Shown piece after piece: positions 52,001 to 64,000 of a DNA stretch of 64,000 nt. The stretch covers positions 17,174,001 through 17,238,000 of the forward strand of contig JBHGNT010000016.1 in the NCBI GenBank assembly GCA_043228905.1. Reading direction: 5' to 3'. The notes beneath the pieces were generated by a model, which worked only from the letters and a program-made list of their open reading frames with translations, was not told the DNA's origin and searched no databases. The stretch comes from Azolla caroliniana. Taxonomy: Eukaryota; Plantae; Polypodiophyta. How positions within the stretch are numbered: the stretch's first letter is position 1; each line of letters opens with the position of its first letter. The translations under genes and the position numbers were made by a program.

Positions 52001-55000
52001 AAGCGCCCGGGACTAAGCAGTCGCAATTCGTTGGGAAACGCAAGACACCCAACGAATTCATGGATCGCGATTATAAGCGACAACATCCTTTTTGCGTATT
52101 CTGCAAAAAGAAGGGTCATACAAAAGAGCAATGTCGTAAGCTCCAACGAAAAGAGTACGACGCCAAACCTAAAGCTACAGACCATAAAGGTCAGATTCCT
52201 AATGTCCTTCAGGTCTATACACATCATTTGAGTAATTGTCAATGTTCTTTCCCTCATTATGTATTGGGTCCCAATGATTTACTACGTGCAAACGGGTATA
52301 TCAATGGATCTCCCGTACAATTTTTATTTGATTCGGGAAGCTCACACAATTTTGTGAATGATCGTTTGGTACAGATATGGGGAATCCAACCCACCGTAAG
52401 TGATCACACCTACACGGTGCACTTGGCTGATGGAAGAGTACAACACATCAACGGGGCGATTCATTCTTTAGGAATTTCTATTGATACCTATATAGAGGAA
52501 GTAGACTTCCATGTAATGAATCTTAGTACCACCGATGTAATACTGGGTTATCCCTGGTTTTATAATAAAAGCTCTTCTTTATTTATTGATTGGGTTCGCC
52601 ATTCCATTTCTTTTGTACTCAACGATTGTACGCATTTTATTCAATGTGTAAAAAAACAATCCCTCTCGATTGTTTCCTCGTGTCCATCAATATCCGAGTT
52701 GTCTTGTTCTACGTTATTTTATTGTGTACTTGATCCGGACATTCACGTTTACAATATCGATAATGTCTCGGGTCAATTAACATATTTTGAACAAAAACAA
52801 CTTGATGAAATCGTAAACGATTTTCGTGATGTTTTTCCGAGTGAACTACCCGATGGTTTACCTCCTAAACGTAATATAGACCATCGTATAGATATTGTAC
52901 CTGGCATTGCACCCATTAGTATACCTCCGTATCGCCTAAGTCGATCTGAAGAGGATGAGGTAGCTAAGCAACTTAAGGACTATTTACGAATGGGTTATAT
53001 ACGTTATAGTAAATCTCCATGGGGTGCACCAGTTCTCTTGGTTAAAAAGAAAGAGGGCACATGGCGTATGTGTATTAATTACCGACGCTTGAATAAAGTG
53101 ACGATCAAGAATTCGTACCCATTGCCCCGGGCTGACGATCTAATTGACCGTCTCCAGGGAGCTCGGTATTTTACGAAACTTGATCTCCGTACTGGCTACC
53201 ATCAAATACGAATAAGTGAGGACGATGTTCCTAAAACAGCATTTCGTACGCGCTACGGCCATTATGAGTTTTTGGTTATGCCTTTTGGTTTGACCAATGC
53301 TCCGGCTACATTTCAACAAGAAATGAATGACATTTTCCGAGAACAACTTGGAAAATTTGTCGTTATCTTCTTAGATGATATTTTAGTTTATAGCCGTACA
53401 TTACAAGAACATGCTAGACATGTCCGCTTTGTTTTACAAATATTGCGTGACAAACAATTTTACGCGAAGATCTCAAAATGTGAGTTCTTCAAGAAATCAA
53501 TTACTTATCTTGGACATCTCATAACCGAACGAGGAGTTGAAATTGATCCTTCTCGCATCAAGAAAATCAAGCTTTGGCCCACTCTTCGGAATATTCGAGA
53601 AGTTCGATCATTCCTTGGTTTTGTCGGATTTTTGCGAAAATCTCTTCGTAATTACTCACAATTGACGACGCCGTTTACTAATCTTCTAAAAGGTCAAACG
53701 CGTAAGTCTACAAAACCTATTGTGTGGAATGCTACACTAGACCTCACCTTTAAGGAACTCAAGGACTTGGTATGCAAGGCTCCTTCACTTCTTTTACCCG
53801 ATCCTTCAAAACCTTTTGAGGTTGAAACCGACGCAAGCGATTATGCTATAGGTGCTGTCTTGTATCAAGATGGTAAACCAATAGCATTCGAGAGTAAGAA
53901 ACTTGATTCTGCTCAATGTCGGTATACCGTTCAAGAAAAGGAATTATTTGCGGTTATACATGCGCTCAAAACATGGCGCCATTATCTTTATGGAAATCGC
54001 TTTGTGGTAACTACGGACCACGAGTCCTTGAAATATTTTTGTGACCAACAAGACCTGAAAGGTCGTAAGGCACGATGGGCTGATCTCATCCAGGACTTTG
54101 ATTTTTCCATACGATACCGTAAAGGTTCCATGAATACTGTCGCTGATGCACTAAGTCGCATCCGTGAAGTTAACATGCTTAGCTTCACTGAAATAACATC
54201 AGATCTTTATGATCACCTTCGAGGAAAGTATCTTGATGACAATTATTTTGCAAAATACTGGGCAAGAGTCGAGTCTGGAATAGACACCACCACACCCTCG
54301 AAGGAATACTTCCACATTGCTAACGGTCTGCTCTACCGTAATGGGAAGGTTTGTGTTCCAGATTTACCTGAGGTCAAAAAGAGAATTCTTTTTGAATGCC
54401 ATGATGCACCCTCAGCAGGGCACCCTGGAATACATCGTACACTCGTTCTCATCTCCACTCAATTTTATTGGCCTAAGATGCGTCCTGACATACATAGCTA
54501 TGTGACTAAATGTCACCAATGTCAGGTTAACAAAGCCGAGCGACTTAAAGCCGCAGGACTTTTACATCCCTTGGACATTCCCAATAATAAGTGGGAAAGT
54601 ATATCCATGGATTTTATTGTTAGCCTTCCTCGCACCCAAAAAGGTCATGATGCCATATGGGTTGTGGTTGACAGACTAACTAAAATGGCCAGATTTATTG
54701 CTACTAAAACCACGGTAACAGCTCCTGAATTGGCTTACCAATTCATTGATGAGTTATTTCGTTTTTACGGGTTACCGATGGATATCGTGAGTGACCGAGA
54801 TCCGAAGTTTACTAGTGACTTCTGGACGCAAGTCTTTAAGAAGTTAGAAACTACGTTGAGCATGAGCTCCACGGATCATCCTCAATCCGATGGACAGACA
54901 GAACGAGTAAATCAAATTATTGAGGACATGCTTCGAGCATACGTTGGTGCAAAACCAACAAAATGGGAACGTTACCTCCCAATTTTGGAGTTTGCTTATA

Positions 55001-56140
55001 ACAACTCCAAGCATACATCGACGGGATATAGTCCTTTTATGTTGATGTATGGATTTCAGCCACGAGCCCCGATTGATGTTAATATACATCATGATGAGTT
55101 GCGAAGTACGCAAAACTTTCTTCGGGATATGCAAGATATGTTGCATATTGCACGGGATAATATAAAAACAGCTCAAGATAGGGCGCGTTTTTATGCCGAT
55201 CATCACAGGCAACCTCGTGTATTCAGCCCTGGACAGAAGGTATTTTTACGTGTACCTCACAATTCTAAGACATTGTCTACGGGTAAGTGCGCTAAGTTAG
55301 CCCCACGGTTTTGTGGACCTTTTACAGTCCTCAAACGCATTGGATCATCAGCCTATCGTCTCGCTCTTCCCGATGGTGTTGGAATCCATCCAGTCTTTCA
55401 TGTAAGTCGTCTAAAAGAACTTCTAGGTTCTGGCGACAATACAGTTACAACTGAAACTCTGGTTACTTCTGAAGATTTATCTTCTAAACCACATGTACCA
55501 GAAAGAATTCTCGATGTTAAAACAAAAAAATTACGTACTAAGGAAATCCGAGAATTTAAAATAAAATGGATGGATAAATCAATCAAAGATGCCACATGGG
55601 AACGCGAAACGACTCTAACAACTAACTTCCCTAACTTTCCATTGCAAGAGTGCAATGTTTTAAAGAGGGGGAGTATGTTACGGGCATGACCATATAATAT
55701 CCCGTGGTGAGAATTGTCGTAGTATTCTATACACGTGGATAAGTGTGAGGGTTAAACAAAGAGTCTAAAGAAGGGGAGGATTACTTTTAATCCTCGGGAT
55801 TGAGACAACCCATGAGGCCAAGTGTGAACATGGCTGGGGGCCTTGAGAATTACTATAAATAAGAGGCCTAGCTACCCTCATTTCATCATGCATTGACTAC
55901 GTCGAGACTCTGTCCGTGAGTGGAACGACTCTTGTAGCAAGCGCGCTATCATCCAGGTACGACTCGACGCCAAGGCGGTGGTATGGGACGCCGATTGAGG
56001 CTCGAGTCCGTCTCGATCCCTTCGCTCGGGGGTGGTCGGGTGGATCGGCACCCTTCTTTCTCTCTTTTCTCTCTATTCTTTCTAGATCTATCATTGATAT
56101 ATCCTTATTTTATGCTTACTTTAGTACCTAATCTCTAATA
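49092..56140 (+). mobile_element. Intact Ty3/Gypsy chromovirus, 7049 bp
   Basis: 465-bp LTRs at 49092-49556 and 55676-56140, with no differences seen by eye. TSD TTTCC, PBS TGGTATCAGAGCC 49559-49571, PPT AAAGAGGGGGAG. Confidence 0.96.
51166..55689 (+). CDS. Gag-Pol polyprotein (gag, zinc knuckle, protease, RT, RNase H, integrase, chromodomain), 1507 aa
   Basis: [83 protein letters not shown]. The true start may be the Met at 51256. Confidence 0.95.
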   Translation: MFAHDMFTPRQDVMTICLTLSYFFARNNHSMAQNNDPMPSAQAERPQGNPPGTMSIEAYILQVQHFLSSTAQQLTEFRQSQSALEARVISLQNEINRPDERQGEPSFVVKPFTGDKKERTEEAICTWLARWESHFELYPTPDSTKIAYVGRELGGKAAAWWRGLRTLGRLPETWTDFVTVFKGQFLQPPSRTEAAQALMNLSSRKFSSLEDYVHHARTQIQKSSLEGDNWLIACFVNGIPNSDYHWIVHDKDPKSFEEAVEIVLRYQRTSKKDHNKPNEAPGTKQSQFVGKRKTPNEFMDRDYKRQHPFCVFCKKKGHTKEQCRKLQRKEYDAKPKATDHKGQIPNVLQVYTHHLSNCQCSFPHYVLGPNDLLRANGYINGSPVQFLFDSGSSHNFVNDRLVQIWGIQPTVSDHTYTVHLADGRVQHINGAIHSLGISIDTYIEEVDFHVMNLSTTDVILGYPWFYNKSSSLFIDWVRHSISFVLNDCTHFIQCVKKQSLSIVSSCPSISELSCSTLFYCVLDPDIHVYNIDNVSGQLTYFEQKQLDEIVNDFRDVFPSELPDGLPPKRNIDHRIDIVPGIAPISIPPYRLSRSEEDEVAKQLKDYLRMGYIRYSKSPWGAPVLLVKKKEGTWRMCINYRRLNKVTIKNSYPLPRADDLIDRLQGARYFTKLDLRTGYHQIRISEDDVPKTAFRTRYGHYEFLVMPFGLTNAPATFQQEMNDIFREQLGKFVVIFLDDILVYSRTLQEHARHVRFVLQILRDKQFYAKISKCEFFKKSITYLGHLITERGVEIDPSRIKKIKLWPTLRNIREVRSFLGFVGFLRKSLRNYSQLTTPFTNLLKGQTRKSTKPIVWNATLDLTFKELKDLVCKAPSLLLPDPSKPFEVETDASDYAIGAVLYQDGKPIAFESKKLDSAQCRYTVQEKELFAVIHALKTWRHYLYGNRFVVTTDHESLKYFCDQQDLKGRKARWADLIQDFDFSIRYRKGSMNTVADALSRIREVNMLSFTEITSDLYDHLRGKYLDDNYFAKYWARVESGIDTTTPSKEYFHIANGLLYRNGKVCVPDLPEVKKRILFECHDAPSAGHPGIHRTLVLISTQFYWPKMRPDIHSYVTKCHQCQVNKAERLKAAGLLHPLDIPNNKWESISMDFIVSLPRTQKGHDAIWVVVDRLTKMARFIATKTTVTAPELAYQFIDELFRFYGLPMDIVSDRDPKFTSDFWTQVFKKLETTLSMSSTDHPQSDGQTERVNQIIEDMLRAYVGAKPTKWERYLPILEFAYNNSKHTSTGYSPFMLMYGFQPRAPIDVNIHHDELRSTQNFLRDMQDMLHIARDNIKTAQDRARFYADHHRQPRVFSPGQKVFLRVPHNSKTLSTGKCAKLAPRFCGPFTVLKRIGSSAYRLALPDGVGIHPVFHVSRLKELLGSGDNTVTTETLVTSEDLSSKPHVPERILDVKTKKLRTKEIREFKIKWMDKSIKDATWERETTLTTNFPNFPLQECNVLKRGSMLRA

Positions 56141-56195
56141 TTTCCACTATGGTAGAGCAAACCGTTTGTAATGTGAAAGGTCGCGTTCGAGGGTA

Positions 56196-56931
56196 GGGTT
56201 CACCAAATGTGTCGTGCCTTTCGGCGTCAAATCATTGCGTGAGTCGGGTGGGAACTGTTGGGGTTTTGGACTAGGCGGAGGATAATTTTTTAGACAGATA
56301 GGAATGTTAATAGATTGTAAGAAAGAGATATAGAAACCTCATGAATCCCATGAGTGTATTGTATTAGATTAATCAACCCTTAGAATCCTAATAGGAAATT
56401 AGAATATACTAGAAAAGATAGATTGAAAATCGTGAATCACACGAATATAATCAATTAGATCAATATTTAGAAATATTAATAAAACCCAAGAATCAACACC
56501 CATTACAATTTGCTCCTCACCCTTATATAATGATGGGAGAGACTAAGTATATAGCAATCCATGTTTTTTCTAACTATATAGACTTCATGCTTTTTCTTCT
56601 AATAATAGTGTTCATGCACGTGAGATGTGCATGAATAGCTATTTCGATCATGCGTTTTCTTTTAACTAAAGTTTTATGCACTCTACGGTAAAAGTAGCTT
56701 TTCCTAAAAAATATACGAGAAATAACCTTTGTATGTGGGATATCTACTTTTCTAACACTTATGATGTGTTAGTATAATGGTAAAGCTATAAATTGTAAAC
56801 ATGGAGGCATAGGGTTTGAATCTTACCCTATGCATGTAACATATAATTTAACATTTTCTTCGGTTTCTTCATACTTATCCAATTAGTTATTTTATACGTT
56901 TTTCACGTAGTGTACGAATTACACTACGACA
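56196..56931 (-). mobile_element. Gypsy LTR (56931-56210) with partial tRNA-Trp PBS
   Basis: TGTCGT...ACGACA termini, TGGTGAACCC on the minus strand at 56205-56196. Homologous to LTR 60700-61488. Confidence 0.8.
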
Positions 56932-57089
56932 ATGTCATCTAAACCAGATTCGGCTTTTGTCCAGTATTTTGAGAAATAACGGTCATCAAGGTATTTCCCT
57001 CTAAGGTGATCCAAAAGATCAAATTTTATTTCCGTGGAGCTAAGCATGTCAACTTCTTTAATGCCTTTATAGTCACAACATGAGTAGTA

Positions 57090-57765
57090 TTCATTGGGCT
57101 CGGAACTCGGTGTTCCACACACGCACAAAGTATATAAAAGTGCACAATCACTTCATACATGAGAGCATGTAGGTTGAAGATGTTGACCTTCAACACATTA
57201 GCACAAATCTTCAGACGACCGACATCTTCACCAAAGCCCTAGGAGCTGACAAGCTTTGGCAATTCATGTGAGAACTTGGACTAACAATTCCCGACTTGCC
57301 AAGCTTGACAGGGAGTACAAACCAAACACTGTCTGAACTGGATACCAACTAAAGCGGACATCAACCAATGAAGCTGGCCAAAGTTGAGCTTGAGGGGGCA
57401 TGTTGAGAATCAAGCTTAACCTAGTCTAGTGTGTAAACACACCCTTGAGAGTCTAGTGAGTTCTCACCACTACTTTTGTAGCATTAACTATGTGTCATAG
57501 AATCATATTCTATGACACATAACTAATGAGTTTCCACATTCCCCATGACCCACGAGCTTCAATAGTTAATGAAGAGAGAGGGTGACTATACAAAGCACCC
57601 TCCTCCTACTTTGTAATAGATCGGTTAATCTCCTTTGTAATATACAATCCTCTTGAGTATTTTCATTATCATTTATCTTGTGTCTCTCTCCTCTCCTCTT
57701 CTCAAACACACACACGTATAACACACATCTCTTCCCTTGCATAGAATCACCATTGATTCTTTACA
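57090..57765 (+). mobile_element. Copia RNase H relic, PPT and 3' LTR (57401-57765)
   Basis: VFHTRTKYI..DIFTKALG, PPT TGAGGGGGCA, LTR TGTTGAGAATCAAG...GATTCTTTACA. Confidence 0.82.
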
Positions 57766-59643
57766 ACAGGAAATAGTTGTACCAGATGATGCTCGAGGAG
57801 AGGAACTCGTTGTAGACAAGGAACTGGATAAAGCATATTCAACCGGACAAGAAGAGCAATGGGAAAAAGAGATAGGAAGCCTAAAGGAAGACATCGCCAG
57901 GCAAGTAGAAATCATGGAAAAAATAAAACAATTGTGACGAGTAGCCGAAGACGAGAAACGAAAGATGGAGGAAGGACTCTATAGATTGCAGGAAAAGGGG
58001 TCGACATAGCAAGAAACGGAGAAAGAAAATGAAACAAATGGCCAAAGTAGAGATCAGAAGACTAAAGGGGGAGCTTCGACAACAGAAAGAATGGGATGAT
58101 CATTTGGGGGCACAAGCCAAATGATGCTTCAAGGACAAGTAGGAAGATTTTGATAAACTCTATTGGGATCACAAGGAGTTGGAAAAGGAGTTTGACCGGT
58201 AACGCGAGAGGCTAAATGAAGCAAAGGTAGAAGTGAAAGAGAAGGAGGAAGCCCAAAGAGTGGAAGAAAAGGTCTTCGAAGAAGCAAAAGAGAAGTTGCG
58301 GGACGAGGCAAGAATGGAAAAGACTTGGGATATTGGACACGCACAACCAACTATTGGAATGATCATGGGTACTGATGAAAAAGGTACAAACCACATATTA
58401 GACCCAACTAGAGAATTATGAGGTCCAAGCGTAAGCAACAGCAAATCAGATTAAACGGCTGAAGAAGGAGAAGTAGGCCACTGAAGAAAGGATCGAGATG
58501 GGCATCAAAAGAATCTGAATTATTGTGAAAGGTCAGCGAGACTGGATGAGACAAATACCGGAGGGTGGTTCGTCTACGATGTTAAGGGAATGTCACAGAC
58601 ATGACAATAGTCATGTCAAGATTCGATCTCTTCACCTCTTGTATATAGTCAAGTGTTATGTTCTAACCAACACATTCAAATACATGGTTACATTATTCAT
58701 ATTTTAGTAGATTATTAGTAGATTATCTATTCCAATTTCTAGGAGTTTTTAGAAGCTTCTACATGAAAATGGGTTGGCGCATGGAACTACATGTAGATAC
58801 CACACACATGTATAAATACTTGTAACTTTCTTGATCCCTTTCAAAGGATTCAACACCAGTCATTGACACATCAATATAGTATTCTCGTTTTGTCCCATCA
58901 TGTCTCCTTGATCGTCATCTTTGTCTTCATTCTCTTGCTCGTTTCTAAGGTCTTAAGTTCCTTGCATCGTCACTCCCAACTTCCTGAGTTTCTAGCCCCG
59001 TCACTTCTAGTTCGTAGCCCCATCATCCGTGCTCCGTCCCAGTCCGTGCTGCTTGGTGTGTCCATGATAGGGAATGGTCAAAGTAGGCAGCCGAACTCCA
59101 TGTATTCCGTTTTGACACGGAGAATAGGGAGAAAACTAGGGACCACTTTTATAAAATGGACGAAGAACGTATCCTAACCATCCAGGAGGAGTTATCAAAT
59201 GCTTTTTATGCTATGGCCCAAGTACAAATAGATGAAATCCGACGAGTGATGGAGGAGTTTGAAGACGATCAACTATAGCTAGCGTTGGAGCGGGAAGCCT
59301 ATAAGAGGGAGAGAATTTGGAGGGAATAGCAATAGCAGGGAGACAAACCACTGAAGAAAATAAATCTTAGTGAGGAGGACCAACTGGTGGTTGGGACGGA
59401 ACTAACACTCATGGAGGACCAACAACCGGGTGAGCAAGCGCCTTTGCAACAAAGGGGTGTAGATGAAGAATTACAACATTTCCTAGATGAAGAACAACTA
59501 ACTGGCGACAATTCACTACAACAACAGATGGAAGCAGGATATTTTGGACAATCTCAAGGAAAGCTAGAAGGCATGTGAACTGGAGATGATGATCAAGGCA
59601 AGTGGGATCGACGTGCAAGGCACTGTGCCACAGGCGTGCCATG
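57766..59643 (+). mobile_element. Decayed internal region of a relative of the three-LTR element, with coiled-coil ORF remnants
   Basis: E/K/Q-rich broken ORFs, ending in the same tRNA-mimic motif (59597-59641) followed by an LTR-like start TGTTGCCC at 59644. Confidence 0.55.
58591..59069 (+). mobile_element. Solo LTR, 479 bp
   Basis: TGTCA...TGATA termini, TSD GGGAA (58586-58590 and 59070-59074), TATAAAT. The start resembles the LTR at 1467. Confidence 0.8.
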
Positions 59644-59721
59644 TGTTGCCCAGAAAAAAGTACGAACCGAAGGTGTGAACAGGAGCTCGAGTACCCGATA
59701 TTAGATAATTAGGAATATTAT

Positions 59722-59837
59722 TGTTGAGAATCAACCTCAACATAGAGCAACGTGTGAACACACCTTTTGAGAATCTATGTGCACACACATAACTCACATC
59801 TCTTCCGATTCACAAGAATCATATCCGATTCTTTACA
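59722..59837 (+). mobile_element. Miniature Copia-type solo LTR, 116 bp
   Basis: Both family termini are present (TGTTGAGAATCAA...GATTCTTTACA). Flanks ATTAT/AGTAT differ by one base. Confidence 0.7.
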
Positions 59838-60699
59838 AGTATATTAAGTAGTGGCGGATCCAGATGGATGTATCGATCTCGAGCCGCACCATTTTGTATC
59901 TATATTGGTCCTTATAGGCACTGTTTTATATCAAAACCGGCTACCTATAAAAGGATTCCAGATTGTATAATAGATATGTGCAAGCAAGTAATAGAATTGT
60001 GATATTTCATTGATTGCCATCTTGTGTACTTAACCGTTCTATTTTATGTGTGTAGTGATATAGTGTGATACGTATATGTAATCCAAATTGAGAGTTTGTC
60101 TAGACGGATTGTAACCATACCTCCGACCACACCTTTGGATAGTATTCTGGAATGGGATACGTTGTATTTGCGACTAAGACAGATTCGAACCCAGGAACAA
60201 CCGCCATCCATGCCTCATTCAACTAGATGACCTTCGGGAAGACAAGTAGGATCTGTCCCTTTCATCGTTGTAGTCATCTAAAGTAGTATCAGGTTGGAAA
60301 ACAACAAATAGTATGTGATTGACACATTGAAATCGAGAATCAGAAGAGAGTGGCTCAAGAAGAGCCGAACATTTTGCAAATTTTTGAGGACTTCTAGCTG
60401 GCAATTTTTGTGGGTCCAACCGTGCAAGGCACTGTCGCACATGCGTGACATGTGATGGCCGGGTAGGACGGCCAAAGTGTGAAAGGGACCGTAGGGACAA
60501 GCACAAGTCGTAACTAATATTGATGGGGCCGGACAGATGGCAGATATTAGGGGAGCTGACCATAAGTGGGGACGAGTTGGACAAACAAAAGTTTGAAGCT
60601 TTTAGCAAAGCTATAGGCTTATTGCCTTGTGGGGGCTGATCTGTCACTCCCTGTATGTGTTCACATCATTCGCTCCATGGGGTTTTGTTACACTTACGT

Positions 60700-61842
60700 T
60701 GTCGTAGTGTATTTAGTGTAATACACTACGTGAAAAACGTATATAGTACTAGATTCGGTAAATGTGAAGAAATAGAAAAATATATATATTACATGCATAG
60801 GGCAAGATTCGAACCTTATACCTCCATGTTAATAATATGAAGCTTACCATTACACCAACACATCATGAGTGTTTATGTAGATATCCCACATAAAAAGGTT
60901 TTCCAAGCATATTTTCTAGAAAAAGCTTTAGTTAGAAGAAAAAGGCATGATAAAAAAAAGCTACACATGCACATTTAGCATGCATAAACACTATAGTCAA
61001 TAAAAAACGCATGAGGTTAAAAAAAGCATGATCACTTTTAAAAAAAACATGGTAGGGAAAGCATATAGTCTATAGATAGATAAAGCATGGCGTCCATAGT
61101 TAGAGAAAAAGCATGTATTGTTAAGACTCTCTCATCACTATATAAGGATGTGGAGCACAATGTCATAAGGGGAAATAAATAAATAAATAAATAATGGAGT
61201 GATTATTAGGGTCTAAATATTGATTAATATAATACTCGTGGGATTCACAAGCTTTTTGATCTCTCTTTTCCAATCTATTCCTATCGATTCCAATCGAATC
61301 CAAAGTATAATTAGGGTTAAATATTCATAAAACTAAAAAACTGTATTCGTGGGATTCATGAATTTCTATCTCTCTTTCTTATAATCTATTTATATTCTTA
61401 TTAGCCTTAAAACTCAGCTCCTCTTCGTCCAAAACCCCAGTGGTTCCCACCTGACTCATGAAATGATCTGGCGCCGAAAGGCACGACACAGTTGGTGAAC
61501 CCGACGTGAAAACGGGCGGCAAGGAGATGGAGAATCAACAAGAGGTGATGAACACGATGATGATGATGTTCGAGCAAATGCTACAAGAACAACGACCAAT
61601 GTCGGAGATCACGGGGCCAGTAAAGCGGCTAGTACAAAGAAACAGACAATTCAACGGAAAGGATGCGTCACGGTATCTATGTGACTACAAGTCAGAGATG
61701 ATGCGATGTGGGATACCAAAAGGATTGCAAGTGATATCCTTCAATCGGGTGGTCACGGATGAATTGCAAGAGAGCATCCACAAGATACGCCAACAAAACC
61801 CGACGTGGTTGTCCTTCGAGGAAGCTATATTGGAAGTGTTAT
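60700..61842 (+). mobile_element. Gypsy 5' LTR (60700-61488), tRNA-Trp PBS (61493-61510) and start of gag
   Basis: TGTCGT...ACGACA, TGGTGAACCCGACGTGAA. Gag FNGKDASRYLCDYKSEM is homologous to FSGKDATSYLASYRAEM in the 19589 gag. Confidence 0.88.
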
Positions 61843-61898
61843 TGTTAAGAATCGGATATGATTCTTGTGTAGCGGACTAGGTGTGAACTGTGTGTTTG

Positions 61899-61961
<63 letters not shown>

Positions 61962-64000
61962 GTAAGACACAGAGTATACCCAAGGTAAGAGTATATTAAC
62001 AAAGGAGAAAGACTCAACTAAATACAAGGTGGGAGGAGGGTGCTTTATATAGTCACCCTCTCTCTTCATTAACTACAAGACTCGTGGAGCATGGGGAAGG
62101 TGAAAGCTCATAAGTTATGTGTCACAGAATATGATTCTATGACTCATACTAAATGCTAGAATACAAAGAAGTGACATAATGGTGACTCTTGACCGTTGGA
62201 GTGTCTATTCACTCTCAAGGTGAGTTCACACACTAGACCAAGTTGAGCTCGATTCTCAACACGCCCCCTCAAGCTCAAGTCGGGTCGGTTTCAGACGGTA
62301 TCCGAAATCTGCTTTGACTCGCGTCGACTCGCATTTATGCGGAGTTGCGGAATCCGTGCTCCAACTTGCGTTGTGCATAGTTGCGAAGTCTGTGCTTTGG
62401 CTTGCGTCTTTCTTCACGGCTTTGCGCGGTAGATCGACTCTTCGCGGCTTCATTGCATGGTTGCGTAATCCACGCGTTCTTGCGTAGTGTGTGCGGCTTG
62501 CGGAATCCAATCGGCCCAATCGGCGTCTATGTACCCCTCGAGTCGTATTGGCATGGCGGTCTTGTAGAGGATGCCACAATCCATTGTGTTGCTCACGTAT
62601 CGTAGAACTCGCTTAGCGCATTCCAAGTGAGTATCACGCGGTGTTTGCATGAATTGGCTAAGGAGGTCGACTAGATAACTGAGATCGGGTCGTGTGATCA
62701 TGAGGTAGATGAGACTCCCAATGAGTTGTCGATACTGAGTCGGCTCACACGCTTTGGTGCTGTAGTTCGCATCGAGTTTGAGATTGCGATCGAGCGGGGT
62801 TGCCGCGCATTTGCACTCAGCCATCTTGAACTTGTATAACAAGTTGAGGATGTAGTGCCATTGAGAGATCATGATTCCGGCCGGAGTCTGAATTACCTTG
62901 ATGCCAAGGAAGTAGTGGAGCTCCTTCATGTTCGTCATCTCGAACTTGTCGGAAAGGAGGGATTTGACCTTATTGATTTCGACGAGATGCTCACCTCCAA
63001 TGACTAGGTCATCCACATATAAAATGATGACGATCGGACTTGTGGAATCGCTTCATATGCAGAGGGAGTTGTCCAATTTTGACATATGGAAGCCGATTTG
63101 ATGAAAATATTGCGTTATCTTCGAATGCCAAGCATGCGGTGCTTGCTTGAGGCCGTAGAGTGGCTTCTTGAGTCGGCATACAGCTTTTGGATGGGTGCTC
63201 GAGTTGAAGCCGGGTGGTTGTATCATGTACACCTCCTCTTCTAATTCACCTTGTAGAAAGGCGTTCTTGACGTCCATTTGATGGAGGTGCCACCCTTTTG
63301 CGGCGGCAAGCGCAATTACGGTCCGCACCGTGGTCATCTTTGCCACCGGGGCAAAGGTCTCTTCGTAGTCGACGCCATGCGTCTGAGCGTATCCTTTCAC
63401 TACGAGTCGAGCTTTGCAGTGGTTTACGGAGCCATCGGCGTTATACTTCACCTTGTAGAGCCATCTGCATCCGATCGCCTTTTTGTGTGGTGAGGTGGGA
63501 ACGAGATCCCACGTCTCGTTCTTGCATAGTGCCTGCATCTCCTCGTTCATGGCTTCGATCCATCGCGGATCCTTGGCTGCTTCGGAAAATGTTTCCGGTT
63601 CGCGTACTATCGCCACTTTCATCATAAAGGCATAGTGATATGCCAAGTAGTCATTGTAGCTGAATCGGCTGACCGGACTCTTTTCACGGGTGGAGCGATG
63701 GAGCTTTTCATTTGTAGAGATGAGGGCTTTCTTAGCTCCAATTGGTACATCGAAGCTGCCGAACTCACTGTTGAGTGAGTGAGTCGACTCATCATCGTCG
63801 AAGCGATCGTCTTCGTATTCCGCCATTTTCATCTTGCCTTTGTCCATCTTCGGGCAAGGCCGTGATGTGCTTTGATCACTCAAAGGCTCTTGTGGTCCGC
63901 TCAGTCGGGTCGTGATCGGACTTTCTTCGAACATGCGCGTGAGGCGATCTTCATCCTCTATCTCTTGTTCGGTGGATTCCGGGTCGAGCGGAGTCAGAGT
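61843..64000 (-). mobile_element. Copia 3' LTR (62261-61843), PPT and RT region; runs off the window
   Basis: RT motifs KARLVVKGY, QMDVKNAFL, LYGLKQAP, YMDD, GYIDADWA. PPT TTGAGGGGGCG is adjacent to 62261. Confidence 0.92.

Noticed and set aside
61469-61480. TGGCGCCGAAAG as a PBS
   Set aside because: It lies inside the LTR. The real PBS is the 18-nt tRNA-Trp match at 61493.

Overview
Eukaryotic, non-seed-plant-like nuclear DNA (a fern or lycophyte is inferred from the retroelement lineages, not proven). It is almost entirely nested retrotransposons, with one host gene: a 4-exon Mpv17/PMP22-family membrane protein gene on the minus strand at 3778-5867. The elements are Ty1/Copia and Ty3/Gypsy relics, solo LTRs, an L1 relic, three copies of an RTE-X-like LINE, and one apparently intact, very recent chromovirus (49092-56140). 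The main result is a non-coding three-LTR tandem element (35046-46247, TSD ATCAT) with no polypurine tract. Its internal region carries a tRNA-Arg-type primer-binding site at BOTH ends, on opposite strands, each 5 nt from an LTR. The right-hand site reads on + as a tRNA 3' half ending in CCA, with a hairpin inserted in the T-loop, and it recurs in two diverged relatives at 59.6 and 60.4 kb. This suggests a dual-tRNA-primed LTR family. A second result is that tRNA-like A-box/B-box modules are embedded in the LTRs of several unrelated Gypsy and Copia families. All coordinates were read by eye, and tRNA identities rely on recalled plant tRNA sequences, so they need checking.
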